NCBI RefSeq assembly: GCF_009914755.1
Contig: NC_060933.1
From: the human T2T-CHM13v2.0 reference genome, Homo sapiens
Length of the DNA stretch: 64,000 bases
Reading direction: 5' to 3' (one strand)
The notes beneath the pieces are model-generated. The model was not told the origin of the DNA. It ran no database searches and was given only the letters and a program-made list of their open reading frames with translations. The position numbers and the translations under genes were made by a program. Below are positions 32,001-45,120 of the stretch, one piece after another; position 1 is the first letter of the stretch, and each line of letters begins with the position of its first letter.

Positions 32001-32984
32001 TTTAAATTGGTTATTCTGATCATGTTTGTTGTAAAGGAAGTAGAGGTGCATGATGGTTCTATTGGGGGCGGGGCCAGTTTTCTTTTGTTTCTATTGGTGT
32101 CTCTCTCTGGATTGAGATCTGACCTTGGCCTTGGCTCTCTCACCTCCTATTTTAGGTGGACGTGTGACCAGAAATGGACATGTGAGCTAATTTTTATTAG
32201 CTCCTGTCTGTTCACCACATTCTCGTAGATTATTGGGCAAAATATCTGGCAAATTGGACTTGGGGGTGGTAATTTGATGATGGGCTGAATTATTTTGGCG
32301 AAAGATCGTTTATATTCAGTTTCACAGTGGAGACTCTTATTACTTAATGTTTTGCTTTTCTGCCTAAGGAGGTTTTTTTTTTTTTTTAATTTTTTCTAAC
32401 AAGGTTTGAAATTTCAAGGGCCTGCTTTATAGTTTGACTTTGGAGCAAGCTAGGAAAAGAGGTTTGCTTATACTTCCAGCTCTGCACAGAGGTGAACTTG
32501 AACAAGGGTTCTTGCTTTTGCAGAACGAAAGCAACAAAGATGGCTGGTCAGTATAAGGCTGACCTCTCCCTCGTCCTAGAAAATAAACAGCCAATGGCTT
32601 GTTTCACTTGAGAAACTGGGTTTTAAAACTCCTCCAGTGTCAGATACAATATTTTTCTCACTTTTGACTCAGCTCTTGGCATGCTGCTTCCTCTGACCTC
32701 AGAATCCTTACGTCTTCTCCTTGGTGGGTGATAAGAACTTCCTTGCCATATATGACTGATGTATATAAGCCGACTTCTCATGGTCATGAGGAAATTTTGA
32801 ATTTTTTCCATGTTCTTGTGATGTTTTGGGTCAGTTGTACCTTCTTTCTGGTGATGTAAAATGAAGTGGCTCTTTTCAGGAGCCCTAGCCCCCACAAGGT
32901 CTTGCTGTGTGACCTTGGACAAATCACTTTTTCCTTCAGAGCCTCAATTTTTGCATTTATAAAATGAACACTTGGGATCAGATC

Positions 32985-33170
32985 AAGGATAATAATAAAT
33001 AGGTTTCATTTCTGATTGTAACTCCAAGGAATTGGTTATGGCTGCCTGGATCACTGTGTTGAGAAGGATTCTGAGGCCATATCCCGACTCCCATATTCTA
33101 GAGAGAGGGGTGCAGTGGCCAAACAGCATTGTAAATCAGAGTGGAGAGTGTACCTCTTAGTTACCATTCC
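32985..33170. mobile_element. MER103-like hAT element (preceded by MIR ~32880-32980)
   Basis: AAATAGGTTTCAT...GGCTGCCTGGATCACTGTGTTGAGAAGGATTCTGAGGCC. Confidence 0.7.
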
Positions 33171-33921
33171 CAGGCGAGACCTTGAATCATGGGCCATTAG
33201 TGGCCTGTGAAGTCAATTTAGTGAATCACAATCAGAATTTTTTAAAAACAAGAATAGACTAGAATATAGGGGAACAAAAAATAGCAGAGGCATACCACAG
33301 GGTACAGGTGAGTATCCTCTCATGAAACTTGTATTTATATTTGTGGATGTATGTGTGTGATTTGAAATAGATTTCCTCCTGTGGGTCACGGCCAAAAGAG
33401 TTTGAAAGGTACTGGACTAGCTGAACCGCCATGATGTGCTGCAGGTATACTGCACTTTATTGCTTATACTTTATTTTTGCATTTATTATCTCAATTAACT
33501 TTTAGGTGAACCCTGTGGGTTAGGTGTCCTGTGCCACATATTTTGAGCCCTGGTTGAGCCCACTTCAAGGGCCACATATGAAGAAAGCTCAGCCACATGG
33601 GCAGCCCAGGCACATACCCCAGCTTGTTGGCCTTGGATGAGTCTGGAAGGACATATGGAAAGGCAGATACAAGTTTGAAGGCAGCGTCTTTGCAAGGTCT
33701 TCTTGCTGGAGAGGAGATCTAAAGTGTGTGGAGTCCTTGTCTTTTGTTCCCCACTTTTAGTTTAAATTGCCAGAGAAATTTTTCTGGAGTTAGAGAGTCT
33801 GTGTTTGTGCTATATTTAATTTAATCAGACAAAAACACAGTCTGTATTTTTGTGTGTGTGCACTTCCTTAAAAATCCCAGAATTTCTGTCTTAGTCTCCT
33901 CATCTTTTAAATGTGTCAGGT

Positions 33922-34245
33922 CAGCGCTAATAGAAATATAATTCAAGCCCCCGTTGCGAGCCACATATATAATTTTTAATTTTCTCACAGTGTATTAAGG
34001 AAAGTAAAAGAAACGGGTGCCATTGATTTTAACATATTTAACTCAGTATATCCATAATACTATCCTTTCATCAAGCCATCCATATGAAAATTATTAATGT
34101 GACAAGTTACAGTCTTTTGCGGGGGTGCTATTGAGTCTTTGAAATCTAATGTATTTTACTCCTACAGTACATCTCAATTCTGACCAGCCACATTTCACCT
34201 GTTCAGCAGCCACATGTGGCTGGTGGCTACTATATTGGACAGCTC
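33922..34245 (+). mobile_element. MER33 (hAT-Charlie)
   Basis: CAGCGCT..AATAGAAATATAA start; GCCACATGTGGCTGGTGGCTACTATATTGGACAGC end. Confidence 0.8.
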
Positions 34246-34819
34246 AGGTTTGGACCAGTTGTCGTCATCACTGGCTGGCCCCAGAAGGGTAGCAACACCT
34301 TTCAGACCTCTTGGTTTTGTTGGTGAGACTTCCTATCAGAATCTCACATGCTCTGAGGCATTTCAGCCTGTAGTGATGATGAGTTCCATCCATATAGCTC
34401 TCCTGGCTAGAGTAGCCCACATTTCCCTTTTATTTGTCCCAACGCAGACTTCTGCCAGGGTTAGGCCACTGTGCTGTAGTTAAAAATGACAAATGATGGC
34501 TAGTAACTCCGGGATGATGTGTTGCAGCCTGTGAGCTGTTGAAGTCAAGGAGTGTGAGTCCGGGAGGCTGTTGCTTTTTGAAGTGCATTTTAAATAAAGT
34601 GTTGCCAGAGAGAAGGATGAAGTTGCAAAAAGGCAGCAGGTGGCCAGGACCAGGGCTGGGGTCTGAGGAGAGGAAGGAGATCAGAGGTAAAAGATGGCCT
34701 GGCAATGAAATCTATTTCTGAGCCAAAAACATGGCATCAGCAGGAAATCCCCCCAGGCCAGGCCTTAGGTCAGATGCATAGAGATTTTCCGAATCCACCC
34801 CAATTGGGAAAATGGAAAG

Positions 34820-35040
34820 CTGGGTTTGAGGTCTGCCAGACCAGAGTTTGAAATCCAGCCTCATGGTGTGGTTAGCTTTGTGTGACTTCGGGAAAGTCAC
34901 TCTGGTTCTGGAACCACAGCTTCTACATCTGGGAAAAGAGGGTTAATGATCCCAGCCTTGCAGGGTTGTTTTAGGATTAAATGAAGGGGTCACATGTGGA
35001 GACTCTCAGCCGGTCTGAGGGCCTGAGTAGGTGGTCGACG
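34820..35040 (+). mobile_element. MIR
   Basis: TGTGTGACTTCGGGAAAGTCAC...CATCTGGGAAAA...GGGTTGTTTTAGGATTAAATGA. Confidence 0.75.
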
Positions 35041-36572
35041 CATGTGAGTTGACTCAACCCAGTGGCCAGGGATTCTCCATTTGGGGAGATTAAGTCCCAC
35101 TGACAACACTTGGGGTAGTCCTGGAAACCTGGTGGCTTATCGTTAGCAGGCAAAGTTAGGCGACAAGTGAGAATGTACACTCTTGGCTGTTGCTTTAAAA
35201 CAGCCTGCCATCCATGAGACTTTCTTGTTAAAGCATTCTGGATGCTTTCATTCCGGGGCTGCTCTAGCTCCTTGGAATGTTTCTGGATTTGTTTCTGAGC
35301 CTGTGGCAAGGCTTTAAAAGGGATACATCTCAATCGCGGGTGGACCTGTATGTCTTTGAGCTTCTGCTCATGCTGGGGCCCTTGCCTCTGGTGCCCCTTC
35401 CCTCATTCATATCTGCTTCGTGAGAAACCAGACCCTCCTCGAGATCAGCTGCACTTCTTCTTCTGTAGAGCTCCCCCAACAAATTTCCCCAGGTAGGCTT
35501 CCTCTCCCTCTGCCCCCATGGTACCTCCCAAACAATGTGGACCCACAGGTCAGAGTTGGTTGTTTGCATTTCTGCTTCTCCAGCCAACTTGTAACATCTG
35601 TGAGGGTAGAGATCACCGGTTATTCATTTTAGGGTCTGGCGCAGAGCAGCAGCTCCATAAATATTTGATGACTTCATTTGATTTTTGGAAATAGCTCAGA
35701 TCAGTGGGCTTTGGGTCTAGTGAAGAGTGGATGACCAATTTGGGCTTGGCCATTTGGTCAAAGCCAATGTTTTATTAGGGAGCCCGAGGCACATTTTCTT
35801 ACAGCTGGCTCTGAAGCCATGGCTCCCCTGGAATAATAAGTCCAACAGGGATCCTTAGTTGGGGAAATGCTCCTTTACATGTCTTGGGGGATTTTTAAAA
35901 TGTTCGTCTGATGACTTTCACCCCTGCCCTCCTCACTCCTTTTGTATAAAGTATTTCTTTAAAGTGGATGGGGGACCCCCAGATGCCTGATTTGCAGGTA
36001 TGGTGAATGGGGCATAGCAGTGCCCTGTATTTATGCCTGGTCTTCTTAGCCAGGTGTCCTGGAACTGAACACCAGGGGCCTGTTTGCAGAATATCCAGGC
36101 ACACGGGCTCCTTCAACTTGAAGCACCTAAATGTGTGATGTGACCCCATTTTTGGTTGAATTTTGGTTTGCAGATGTCAAAGATTCAAGGAAAATTTATG
36201 GGAGAAAACAGAACCTTCTGTTTCTTGGCTTAGTTTTTTTCAGCACGTTTTATAAAATGCTGTCATTTTTAACACTTTGTGGCCAATTTCAGCAAGCAAG
36301 CATAGAATCCTAAGTTAAGGTAGACATCGATCCTCAGTGTTCATATTCCCACGTTTCCATATTTCTGAAATCAGGATGCCCCTTACAGTAGATTTGTTCT
36401 TCTAGTGAACTTTTTCTCCCTCTTATTTCTTCTCCAAAAGCTGTTATAAAATCGATGGTGCATCTATCAGTTGAAAGCATCTTGGGATTGAGTGTTGTTG
36501 TCCTCCTGGTGGGGAGGACTATGACCTGTGGGGGCTCCATGCTCTGTTTACCTCACTTTTCTCTGGGCTTGG

Positions 36573-36595
36573 CCCCCCCCCCCCCCCCCCCCCCC
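36573..36595. repeat. Poly-C tract (C23)
   Basis: 23 consecutive C. Confidence 0.95.
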
Positions 36596-37264
36596 GCCCT
36601 GTACAGTGAAGGCAGGACTTCACCTTGGGAAGAAACATCTGGAACTCTGACTTAGTCCTACTTTCCTGCCATGTCTGTGTGTAGGTTTTGTAATTTTGCT
36701 GTGGCCTCTCTAAAAGGGGCAAGTAGCCCGTGGGAGGGAGGTGAAGTCCTGTAAATGGGGGAGGGGGGTCTCTTCAGTACAGCCACATGCATGAGCTGGC
36801 CCGACAACAGCGGAGCACCAGTTTGACATTTCCAAGGGTAGAATGAGCAGAGCATAGTCGGAGAGCCAAGGCACGGCTCCCCTCTCTGCTCCACCAGTTA
36901 ATCATTTTGTGGTGTTTGCCAAAGTACTTCATTTCCTTGCACCGTATTTTCCTTACCTGTAAAGGTGAGATGATAATATATTGATGATGATGATTGAAGA
37001 TGATGATGCATAGGGTTCTTGTGAAAGTTGTGAGAGATGTAAGAAAAAAGTTTTGTAAAGGGCAAAGTTCTTTTCACTTGCAGCATGTTATTTGTGCATC
37101 ATCTAGTCCAAGGATGGTAAATAAGTAGCATACATGCTGCCATTCCCCATCCTCTAGCCTGTGGCAGACATCACTAATTGACCATGGTAGTCCTTTCCAT
37201 TGAGTATGGCCAGCGGCCTCAGAGTCCTTAGTATTATATAATGCTACCCATCAGTTGGGCTTAG

Positions 37265-37361
37265 ATGGGACATGAAGCCAGTTTGTCCTTCCTTATCGAC
37301 ACACACACACACGCACCCCATGGGACATGAAGCCAGTTTTTCCTTCCTTATCGAGACACAA

Positions 37362-37410
<49 letters not shown>
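37265..37410. repeat. 55-bp tandem duplication followed by a (GA)n microsatellite, inside a MIR
   Basis: ATGGGACATGAAGCCAGTTT(G/T)TCCTTCCTTATCGA at 37265 and 37320; (GA)~20 at 37369-37408. Confidence 0.9.
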
Positions 37411-37414
<4 letters not shown>

Positions 37415-39344
37415 AACTGAGGCCTTGGGAAGAAGGTGGAGTGACTTACCCAAGACCTCAGTGAACAAGCGGAAGTGGGACTAAAAGCCTCAGATTTCTT
37501 CACTCCTCAACCAGTGCTTTTCCTGCCCTGTGTGTATACACTGTATCAAAAGGAATTAAAATTAATTTGGTCTTGAGAAATAGCGAGAGAATCCTGACTC
37601 CTCCCTTCCCTGTTATAATTAGATACCCTTGGGGTTGTCATCAAAGCAGGGCTGGATGACCTGCTTCTCTGCCTGATCCTGGAGTGATCAGGTTTCAAAG
37701 GGGAGACGCCTGTGGCTAGGCAGCTGGATTGGATGGTGTCTCTCAGCAGTGTAAGTGACGTGGCAGTGGGGCAAGGCAGGCCCTGGGGTTCCTGGATGAT
37801 GACCTGGGTTTGGGACAGGTTTGCTGCTTACACACTTTCAAGTCCACAGACAAGTTCTTTAGTCCTTCCGTATCTTAATTTCTGCATCTGAGAAATGGGC
37901 TGGTAATGATTCTTCACAGGAATGACATAAGATAACAAGTTTGAAAATGCTTTGTAAACTCTTGACATACATGTTACTTTTTAAATACACGTTACTTTTT
38001 ATAACTAGTACGAATTATTAGTGCTATGCTGGGTAAGTTGTGTAAACTGAGTCACAGACTAAGGGCCACAAGATGAGTGGGTCCCTTCTCTTGTATGTTA
38101 TTTTATCTTTTTGCCAGCCCAGGGTTCAGAAAGTTTGGAGTTTGTGAGTCTTTCACAGATTCTTTCCTGTTTGCATCTGTCCCCAGCCTCATCCTGTTTC
38201 AATCATGTATGTGGCCTGCCTAGCCCTGGAAGGCCTTGGGGTCTGGGACCCCGACACAGCCTCTACTTGTTCATCTGTTTAGTGGGAGGACAGGCCATCC
38301 TTAAACCCTTCCAGGCTTTTTGAAAGCATCGTATGAGTTAATGGACTAGAAAGTGCTTCATGAACAGCAAAGAACTGGAGAAACATGTTGGCGACAACTC
38401 CTTTCTTAAAAAGGAAAGGAGGAAGGCTGAGGTGAGGATGGTATTGAGTCGACAAAAAAGTGATATAAATATTTTGGCTGACAAAGCAGAATGAGGCTTT
38501 CTATATAAGCTAAAGCGAATAAATGGAGTCAGGTGATGCTTGGCCCCCCAGTCTGCTATAGAAAACACAGGGAAAAACATTGCTTTCTAGTGAAGTGAGC
38601 CCTTTGTCAGGGGTGAATCTTTGATTACCAGGGGTCAGCCCTGTTCCTGGGTGAGGACCCAGGGAGGAATGAAACCTGGTGTCTCCCCCAGGGGTGGAAA
38701 TGGCTCCTGCAAAGTGGAGGAGGCCTGAGTATCTCTTGGCAAGTCCCTGGCTCGCAGTTTGCTGGTAGCACTCAAAGTCAAAAGTGCTTTTGGCTTGCTT
38801 ACTGGATGTGTTACTGTCCAAGACAGCATATCTGAGGAGCTAGCCATTCTTACCTCTCAGCTTTGAGCCTGTGCCATACAAATTCCTGCCTGTCCCAACA
38901 TTTTTGTGGAAAATTGGGGGACTAAGGGTGGGAATTTTTGTCAGGTGAAAGTTTGCAGAGAATTTGTGTTTTGTTTTATTTTGGACTCAGAGTTTTTGCA
39001 AGCGAAGAAGATGTAGTCGGGGAACTTAGAATACTCAAAAAGAATAAAAGAATAGACGAAGACATTTTTGGATGTTGGGGAATTTTTTTTTTCCTTAATT
39101 TCATCAACTGGGAAAAATAACTATAAACATTTAATTGTGTTTATGTGGGTGTTTCTTAAAATGTATGCTGGAAAAGCAGAAAGTGAAACTGATCTGAAAT
39201 AAAACTGAAACTAGTCTGAAATGAGACCTCAGGGAAGAGAAACTTCCCTGGGGTGCTACTAGCCTTCGTTGGAATTTGTTGTGAGGCCTGCCTTTGTTTT
39301 GTCAGAGGGGTCTAGAGCTATAAGGGTAACAGATAGCATCTAAG

Positions 39345-39563
39345 CCTGTGCCATCCAGTATGTATTGGTATCCACTAGCTGCATGTAGCTAGGAGTAGTT
39401 GAAATGTGGGTAGTTAATCCATACAAGATTTCAAAGACTTAGTAGAAAAAAAAGACTATAAAAGTAATAATTTGAAAATACTACAGGTTGAAATGATATT
39501 TTACATATTAGATTAAATAAGATATATTATTAATACTAATTTCATTGGTTTCTTTTTACTTTC

Positions 39564-39600
<37 letters not shown>

Positions 39601-39666
39601 TGTGGCTACTAGGGAAATTTGAAATTCCCTCCATGGCTCATATTATATTTCTATTGGACAGTGCTG
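39345..39666 (-). mobile_element. MER33 (hAT-Charlie) with internal T~29 run
   Basis: Ends TTATATTTCTATTGGACAGTGCTG; opposite orientation to the copy at 33922. Confidence 0.75.
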
Positions 39667-41644
39667 ATCTAAGCCAACCTGCTCCTTTTATAGTAGAGGA
39701 AGTGGAACCCCGGAGAGGGCAAGTGGCTTGCTCAGGGTCACACAACACCGTCATCAGATACCTAGACAGACTGTAGGACTCAGAACCTGGCATGGGATGG
39801 TGATGTAGTGGTGTAGGCATTAGTGTAAGTAGGTGGTTGAAATGGAGGAGGTAATGAGAGTTTATAAGACAGAGAAAGAGAGAGAGATTAGTAATTCAGG
39901 GAAAAAATTATGTTGTTTCCCACTCTGCTTATCCCTCCCCTAAACATTAGTTGAACACTTTGAAAGAAAGCAAATCCAACAAGATGAGCAAAAACAAATC
40001 TAAAAGATAATCCCTGACAATTTCTCTGCCTACCAAAAGATTCCAAATTCGTTTTTGAGTTTGAACTGGGGTATTTTTGGATCAGGTTGCAGTTCTGGGC
40101 TTGTTTGGGCATAGAGACCCAGGTCACATTGGGGGCTGTGGACTTTGAGTCCTGCGGGGACTGGAAGCCATTCTTTTGCTAAGTCGTGTCTGCTTCCTGT
40201 AATGATTTGGGAAGGAAGGCTGCTAGAAGACCCAGAGGGCATCCTTTTATAGTGGGCAGAGCTGGCAGGGTGGGGAGTCATCTCCCTTGACTTCCAGCCT
40301 GGATCAGAGACCTGGAGGTGGGTGAGCGGCCCAGGCGGGTAGCAGCAGTCTGTAGTTTTCCAATTCAGTACTCCTGCTCTTCATGTTTTGAAAGGAAGTT
40401 TGAGCCATGTGTTGGAAATTCAGCTTTATAAAATTTTATTTTTTTAATTAGGAACTTTTCAAGGACTGAAGTTTAGCATTCTTATTTATCTCACATTATT
40501 TTTGCACAATGGAATTTATCTGCCTTGAAATACAATCATTGCACATTTGCTGAGTGCTTATTATATGACTGGCCTTGGACTAAGCATTCAATATCTATTA
40601 TCTCATTTAAAACAGTCACCTTGTAAAGTAGGGTTTGTTTTTTTTTTAAATATGAGAGAGTGGAAATTCAGAGGTGAAAGGAATTGCCCAAGGCTACACA
40701 GCTGGTAAGTGGCAGCTGGATTCAAATTTAGGTGGCCACCATATTCTAAGCTCACAACACCACTTTGAGGTGTTGAATCTTACCATTCCCGTTGTACAGC
40801 TGAGGAAAGCACAGTAACTTGCCCAGGATGTGGAGTCGATGGATGGGCTGGGACTTGAGACACGGCTACCCATTTGTCTGTGGTGGATTGTTCTGAGCCA
40901 TGGCGTCTGGGGAAGCTGCTCTCCCCATTTCATGGGGCCTGGGTCTGGGACTCCCTGGCTTTCAGCCCCCAGCTCCCCATGAGCCTCAGCAGACCAGCGG
41001 GTTTTGTGTTCCATGCTCACAAAGCCTTTAATACCACGTTTGAAAACAGTTGCAGAAGGTTTGCTGTAATTAATTACATTTGACATACTTGGAATCGGGG
41101 CCTCCCGGATTCAGAATGCAAATTTATGCCCAGACAGATGTAAGGTATGCTTGGAGCCAAGAGCTCTGGCATGTCCCAGTCAGGGCCTGCAGCATCGCTC
41201 ACTGCCCTGATGGGACAGTAACAGGCCGTGAGAGGTGGAGTCAGGATTCAACCCCAGGGATACCTGGAGCCCACAGGCTGTTGGAGGAGAAATAGCCCTG
41301 GACGCTTTCCAGTCTCGGGTACATTCTTTGCTCTCTTTGGACCTCAGTTTTCCCTACTGTACAATAAGGGCTTGGACTAGGTTGTCTCAGAAGGCATGTG
41401 CTGTTAGTTTGGGCAGGAGGGCAGTTAATCAGAGAATCAGAGGGCAATTGGAAGTATAAACAGCTGAGGTAAGAGAGGCTTGGAATAGCCAGGTAAGCAG
41501 GAGGCCTTTGGAACAGACAAGAGAGATTTACAAGGTAAGGTCTGATTTAAGTGCAGGATAGTGCTGATTGCCAGGGTTCCACATGCAAAAATCCTCCAAT
41601 CAGCGCCAGTTCATCTTCCCACCCACATACACTCACCTCACTGT

Positions 41645-41910
41645 CTGTATTAGACGGTTATTGCTGTGCAACAAATCACCCCAAAATTCAGTGGCTTAAC
41701 GCAACAATGATCATTTATTGTCTCATGGTTTCTGTGGGCTAGGAATTTGGCAGTGGCTCAGTTGGTCAGTTCTGGCTCAGGGTCTTTCTGTGGTTGTGGT
41801 CATATGGTGGCTGAGGCAGAGTTATCTTAAAAGGGTTCTCCATGCTCATATTTGGTGCCAGGATTCTGAAGACTTGAACAGCTGATCTCCTTGGCCCTGT
41901 CTCCCCGCTA

Positions 41911-41951
<41 letters not shown>

Positions 41952-42280
41952 CCTCCCTCTCCATGTGTGGTCTCTCCAGCATAGAGGCTTCATATATGGC
42001 TAGACTTCTTACGTGGCGTCTTGAGGCTGCAAAGATGCATGTGCCAAGATAGATAGCACTAAGCAGCTGCAGCCTCACCTGTTATGACTTAGCCTCCAAA
42101 GTCATGCAGCATCACTTCACCACATTGTATTGATGGAGGCAGTTACAAAGGTGTGCGCCATTCAGAGGGCAGGACATCAACTCCATCTGTCTATGGAGGC
42201 GTGTCAGCTTTACATTGAGCATGTAGGATGGGATATATCTTGATGTGGCCATCTTTGGAAAACAAGGGCCACCATACCAT
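41645..42280 (-). mobile_element. MLT1 LTR with internal (TC)n
   Basis: TGTATTAG...AACAAATCACCCCAAAATTCAGTGGCTTAA...GGCCATCTTTGGAAAA. Confidence 0.8.
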
Positions 42281-42769
42281 CAGTGTGCCCATCAATCTGT
42301 CTGACTAGCTATCTACCTTTCCATGCATCTCTCTCTCTACCCACTCACCCATTCCATCTTTCCACCCTTCAGACGTCTGTCCTTCTGTGTGACTGTCTGT
42401 TCTTCTGTCTATCCCAATCACCTAACACATTTTGAGGACCTGTGTGCCAGGCACAGCTATGTGCATTCAATAATGAGCTCGGAGGGAGAATGAGACTAAT
42501 GTTGATTGAGAACCTAGTGAATGTTAGTCCCTTGATCTTCAAAACAACTCCATGACTTAGAATTATCATCTTTATTTTCCTGGGAAGAAACCAAGACACA
42601 AGCTAAATAACTTGCCCAGGGTCATTCAGCCAACTAATGTCAGGGTCAGGACTTGAACTCCAGGACTTCCTGACTACCCTGTCTCTGCATAGGATACAGG
42701 CTCTCTTTTGGTTTCTGAGTGTTAAATGTCTACTAAGAGTTAGTTCTCCACTTCCATTTTTTTCCCAAG

Positions 42770-43790
42770 CGAAAATAGTTTTTCTTCCCTGACTATAAAA
42801 ATAACATGTTCATTACAAAAACATTCAAGCAGTACAAAAAAATGAAGATTATTCTTTTTAAAAAATCACCTGAAATGCCGAGATAACCGCCCTTCACATT
42901 TTGATGAGCATTATTCAAGCCATCTCTACATATTTAAGTACATATGATTTTACGCAAATGGGATTATATTCCATGCTGTTCTGAGGCCTGATGTCTTTTT
43001 CTTTTTAAATTCATAGATATATTTTTCATCATCAGCAAATGTAGATAGGTCTTCATTATTATTTTACTGACTACATTGTGTTTCCACTGTATGCATGGCC
43101 CAAAATTCAGTGTGCGATTAGATTTTGGTTATTTCTAATTTGTCATTGTTATAACCTACTCTGTGAGAAACATCTTTTTCGTACAGCTTCTCACTTGTGT
43201 GATCATCTCCTTAACATCACTGTTTGGAAAGCTGACTGCAGGACCATGGTGGATTTTTATTCTACATGTAGACAGAACTTGCCAAGTGTCTCCCAGCCAG
43301 GTGGTATCCGTTTACATTTCTATTAGGAGATTGTGAGTGCCCATTTTACACATCCTGGCCATCACCTTGTGCTTATATTTTATATCTTTGATGGCCTGAT
43401 GGGCAAACTAATGGGGTTGAATATCTGTTGGTATAGTTTTATATTTTAGTTGGTATGTTTTACTTGCATTATATTTTGGTTGATATGTTTTACTTGCATT
43501 TCTTTTATGAATTGCCTGTTCAACCTTTTTGCCCATTTTTCTCTTGCGGTGTTTGTCTTTTCCTTTACATTTTTAAAGAAAAGCTCTTTGGATTTTGGAG
43601 ATATTGACTTTGTTATTTAGATTCCATTTTTTTCCCCAGACTTTTTAAAACTTAGTTGATGTTATTTAGTGGAAGTGGTGGTTAAATGCAATGTTTACTT
43701 TTTAAAAATATTTATATTTGTGTGTTTTGGATTCTTCGTGTGTATGTGTATATGTGTGCCACATTTAAAAAGACTTCTCCATATTAAGAA
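42770..43790 (-). mobile_element. Old L1ME-type 3' fragment
   Basis: Degenerate L1 3'UTR/ORF2 antisense motifs. Confidence 0.6.
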
Positions 43791-43794
43791 TTTA

Positions 43795-45120
43795 TAGTGA
43801 AAAGGCAACCTACAGAATGGCAGAAAATATTTGCAAATCATATGTATTTGGTAAGGGGTTAATATCCAGAATATATAAAGAAATCCTATAAATCAACAAC
43901 AACAAAAAATAACTCCATTAAAAAATGGGCGAAGAAGTTGAATAGACATTTCTCCGAAGAAATATACAGATGGCCAGTAAGCATATGAAGAGATGCCCAA
44001 CATCATTCATCAGTTCAAAACCACAGTGAGATATCACCTCATACCCATTAGTATGGCTGTTATTTTTTTTAAAAAAGTGTTGGTGAGGATGTGGAGAAAT
44101 TGGAACTCTTGTGTGCTGTTGGTGCAGCTGCTATGGAAAACAGTAGGGTGTTTCTTCAGAATATTAAACATAGAATTACCATATGATCCAGCAATTCCAT
44201 TTCTGGGTATATATCTAAAAATTCAAAGCAAGGTCTCAAAGAGATGTTTTTCCACCCATGTTTATTGCAGCATTATTTGCAATACCCAAAGGTGGAAGCA
44301 ACTGAAATGTCCATCTACAGATGAATGGATAAACAAAATATGATGTATTCAGCCTTCATTTTTAAGGCTGAAGAATATTCTGTTATTAACACTACTGGAT
44401 TGTACATTTAAAAATGGTTAAGATGGTAAGAGAAACAAGTTAAATATTTACATAACCTAACAAATCAACAATATATGATAGAATATTCAGCCTTAAAAAT
44501 GGAGGAAATCCTGTCATTCTTCAACATGGATGAAACTTGAGGACATTCTGCTTGGTGAAATAAGGTGGTCACAAAAAGACACATGCTGTGTGATCCCACT
44601 CATAAGAGAAATTGAAGTCAAACGCAGAAATGGAAAGTGAAATGGTAGTTGCCAGCAGCTGGTGCAAGGACAATGGGCAGTTGTTAAATAGGTGAGAGTT
44701 TCAGTTTTGTAAAATGAAAAAGTTGTAGAGATCTGTTGCACGACAGTGTGAACATGGTTGTCCCTTAGTATCCGTGGGGGATTGGTTCCATGCCCCGCCC
44801 CCCCAATATAAAAATCCATGGATGCCCAAGTCCCTGCCATCAAATGGTGTATTTGCATAGAACTACGAACATCCTCCTCTATATTTCAGATTATCTCTAG
44901 ATTATGTATAGTACCTAATACAATGTAAATGCTGTGTGAGTTCTGTATATTTAGGGAATATGACAAGGAAAAAGTCTGTACATGTTCTGTACGGATGCAG
45001 CAGTTCATTTTAATCCAAGGTTGGTTGAATCCATGGATGTGGAACCCATGAAGACAGAGGGCTGCCTGTATACTTAACACTGCTGGATTGTACATTTCAA
45101 AATGGTTCAGATGGTCAAAG
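43795..45120 (+). mobile_element. L1MB-type 3' end (sense), interrupted by MER2 and a templated insertion
   Basis: ORF 43993..44343 KTTVRYHLIP...LNIELPYDPAIPFLGIY...WKQLKCPSTDEWINK matches L1 ORF2 C-terminus. Confidence 0.9.
44755..45068. mobile_element. MER2 (TcMar-Tigger MITE)
   Basis: TIRs GTTGTCCCTTAGTATCCGTGGGG / CCCATGAAGACAGAGGGCTGCCTG + TA. Confidence 0.85.

Noticed and set aside
33922-39666. Inverted MER33 pair as ends of a composite transposon or an RNA duplex
   Set aside because: Each is an independent, heavily diverged MITE; no shared outer TSD and no transposase remnant between them.
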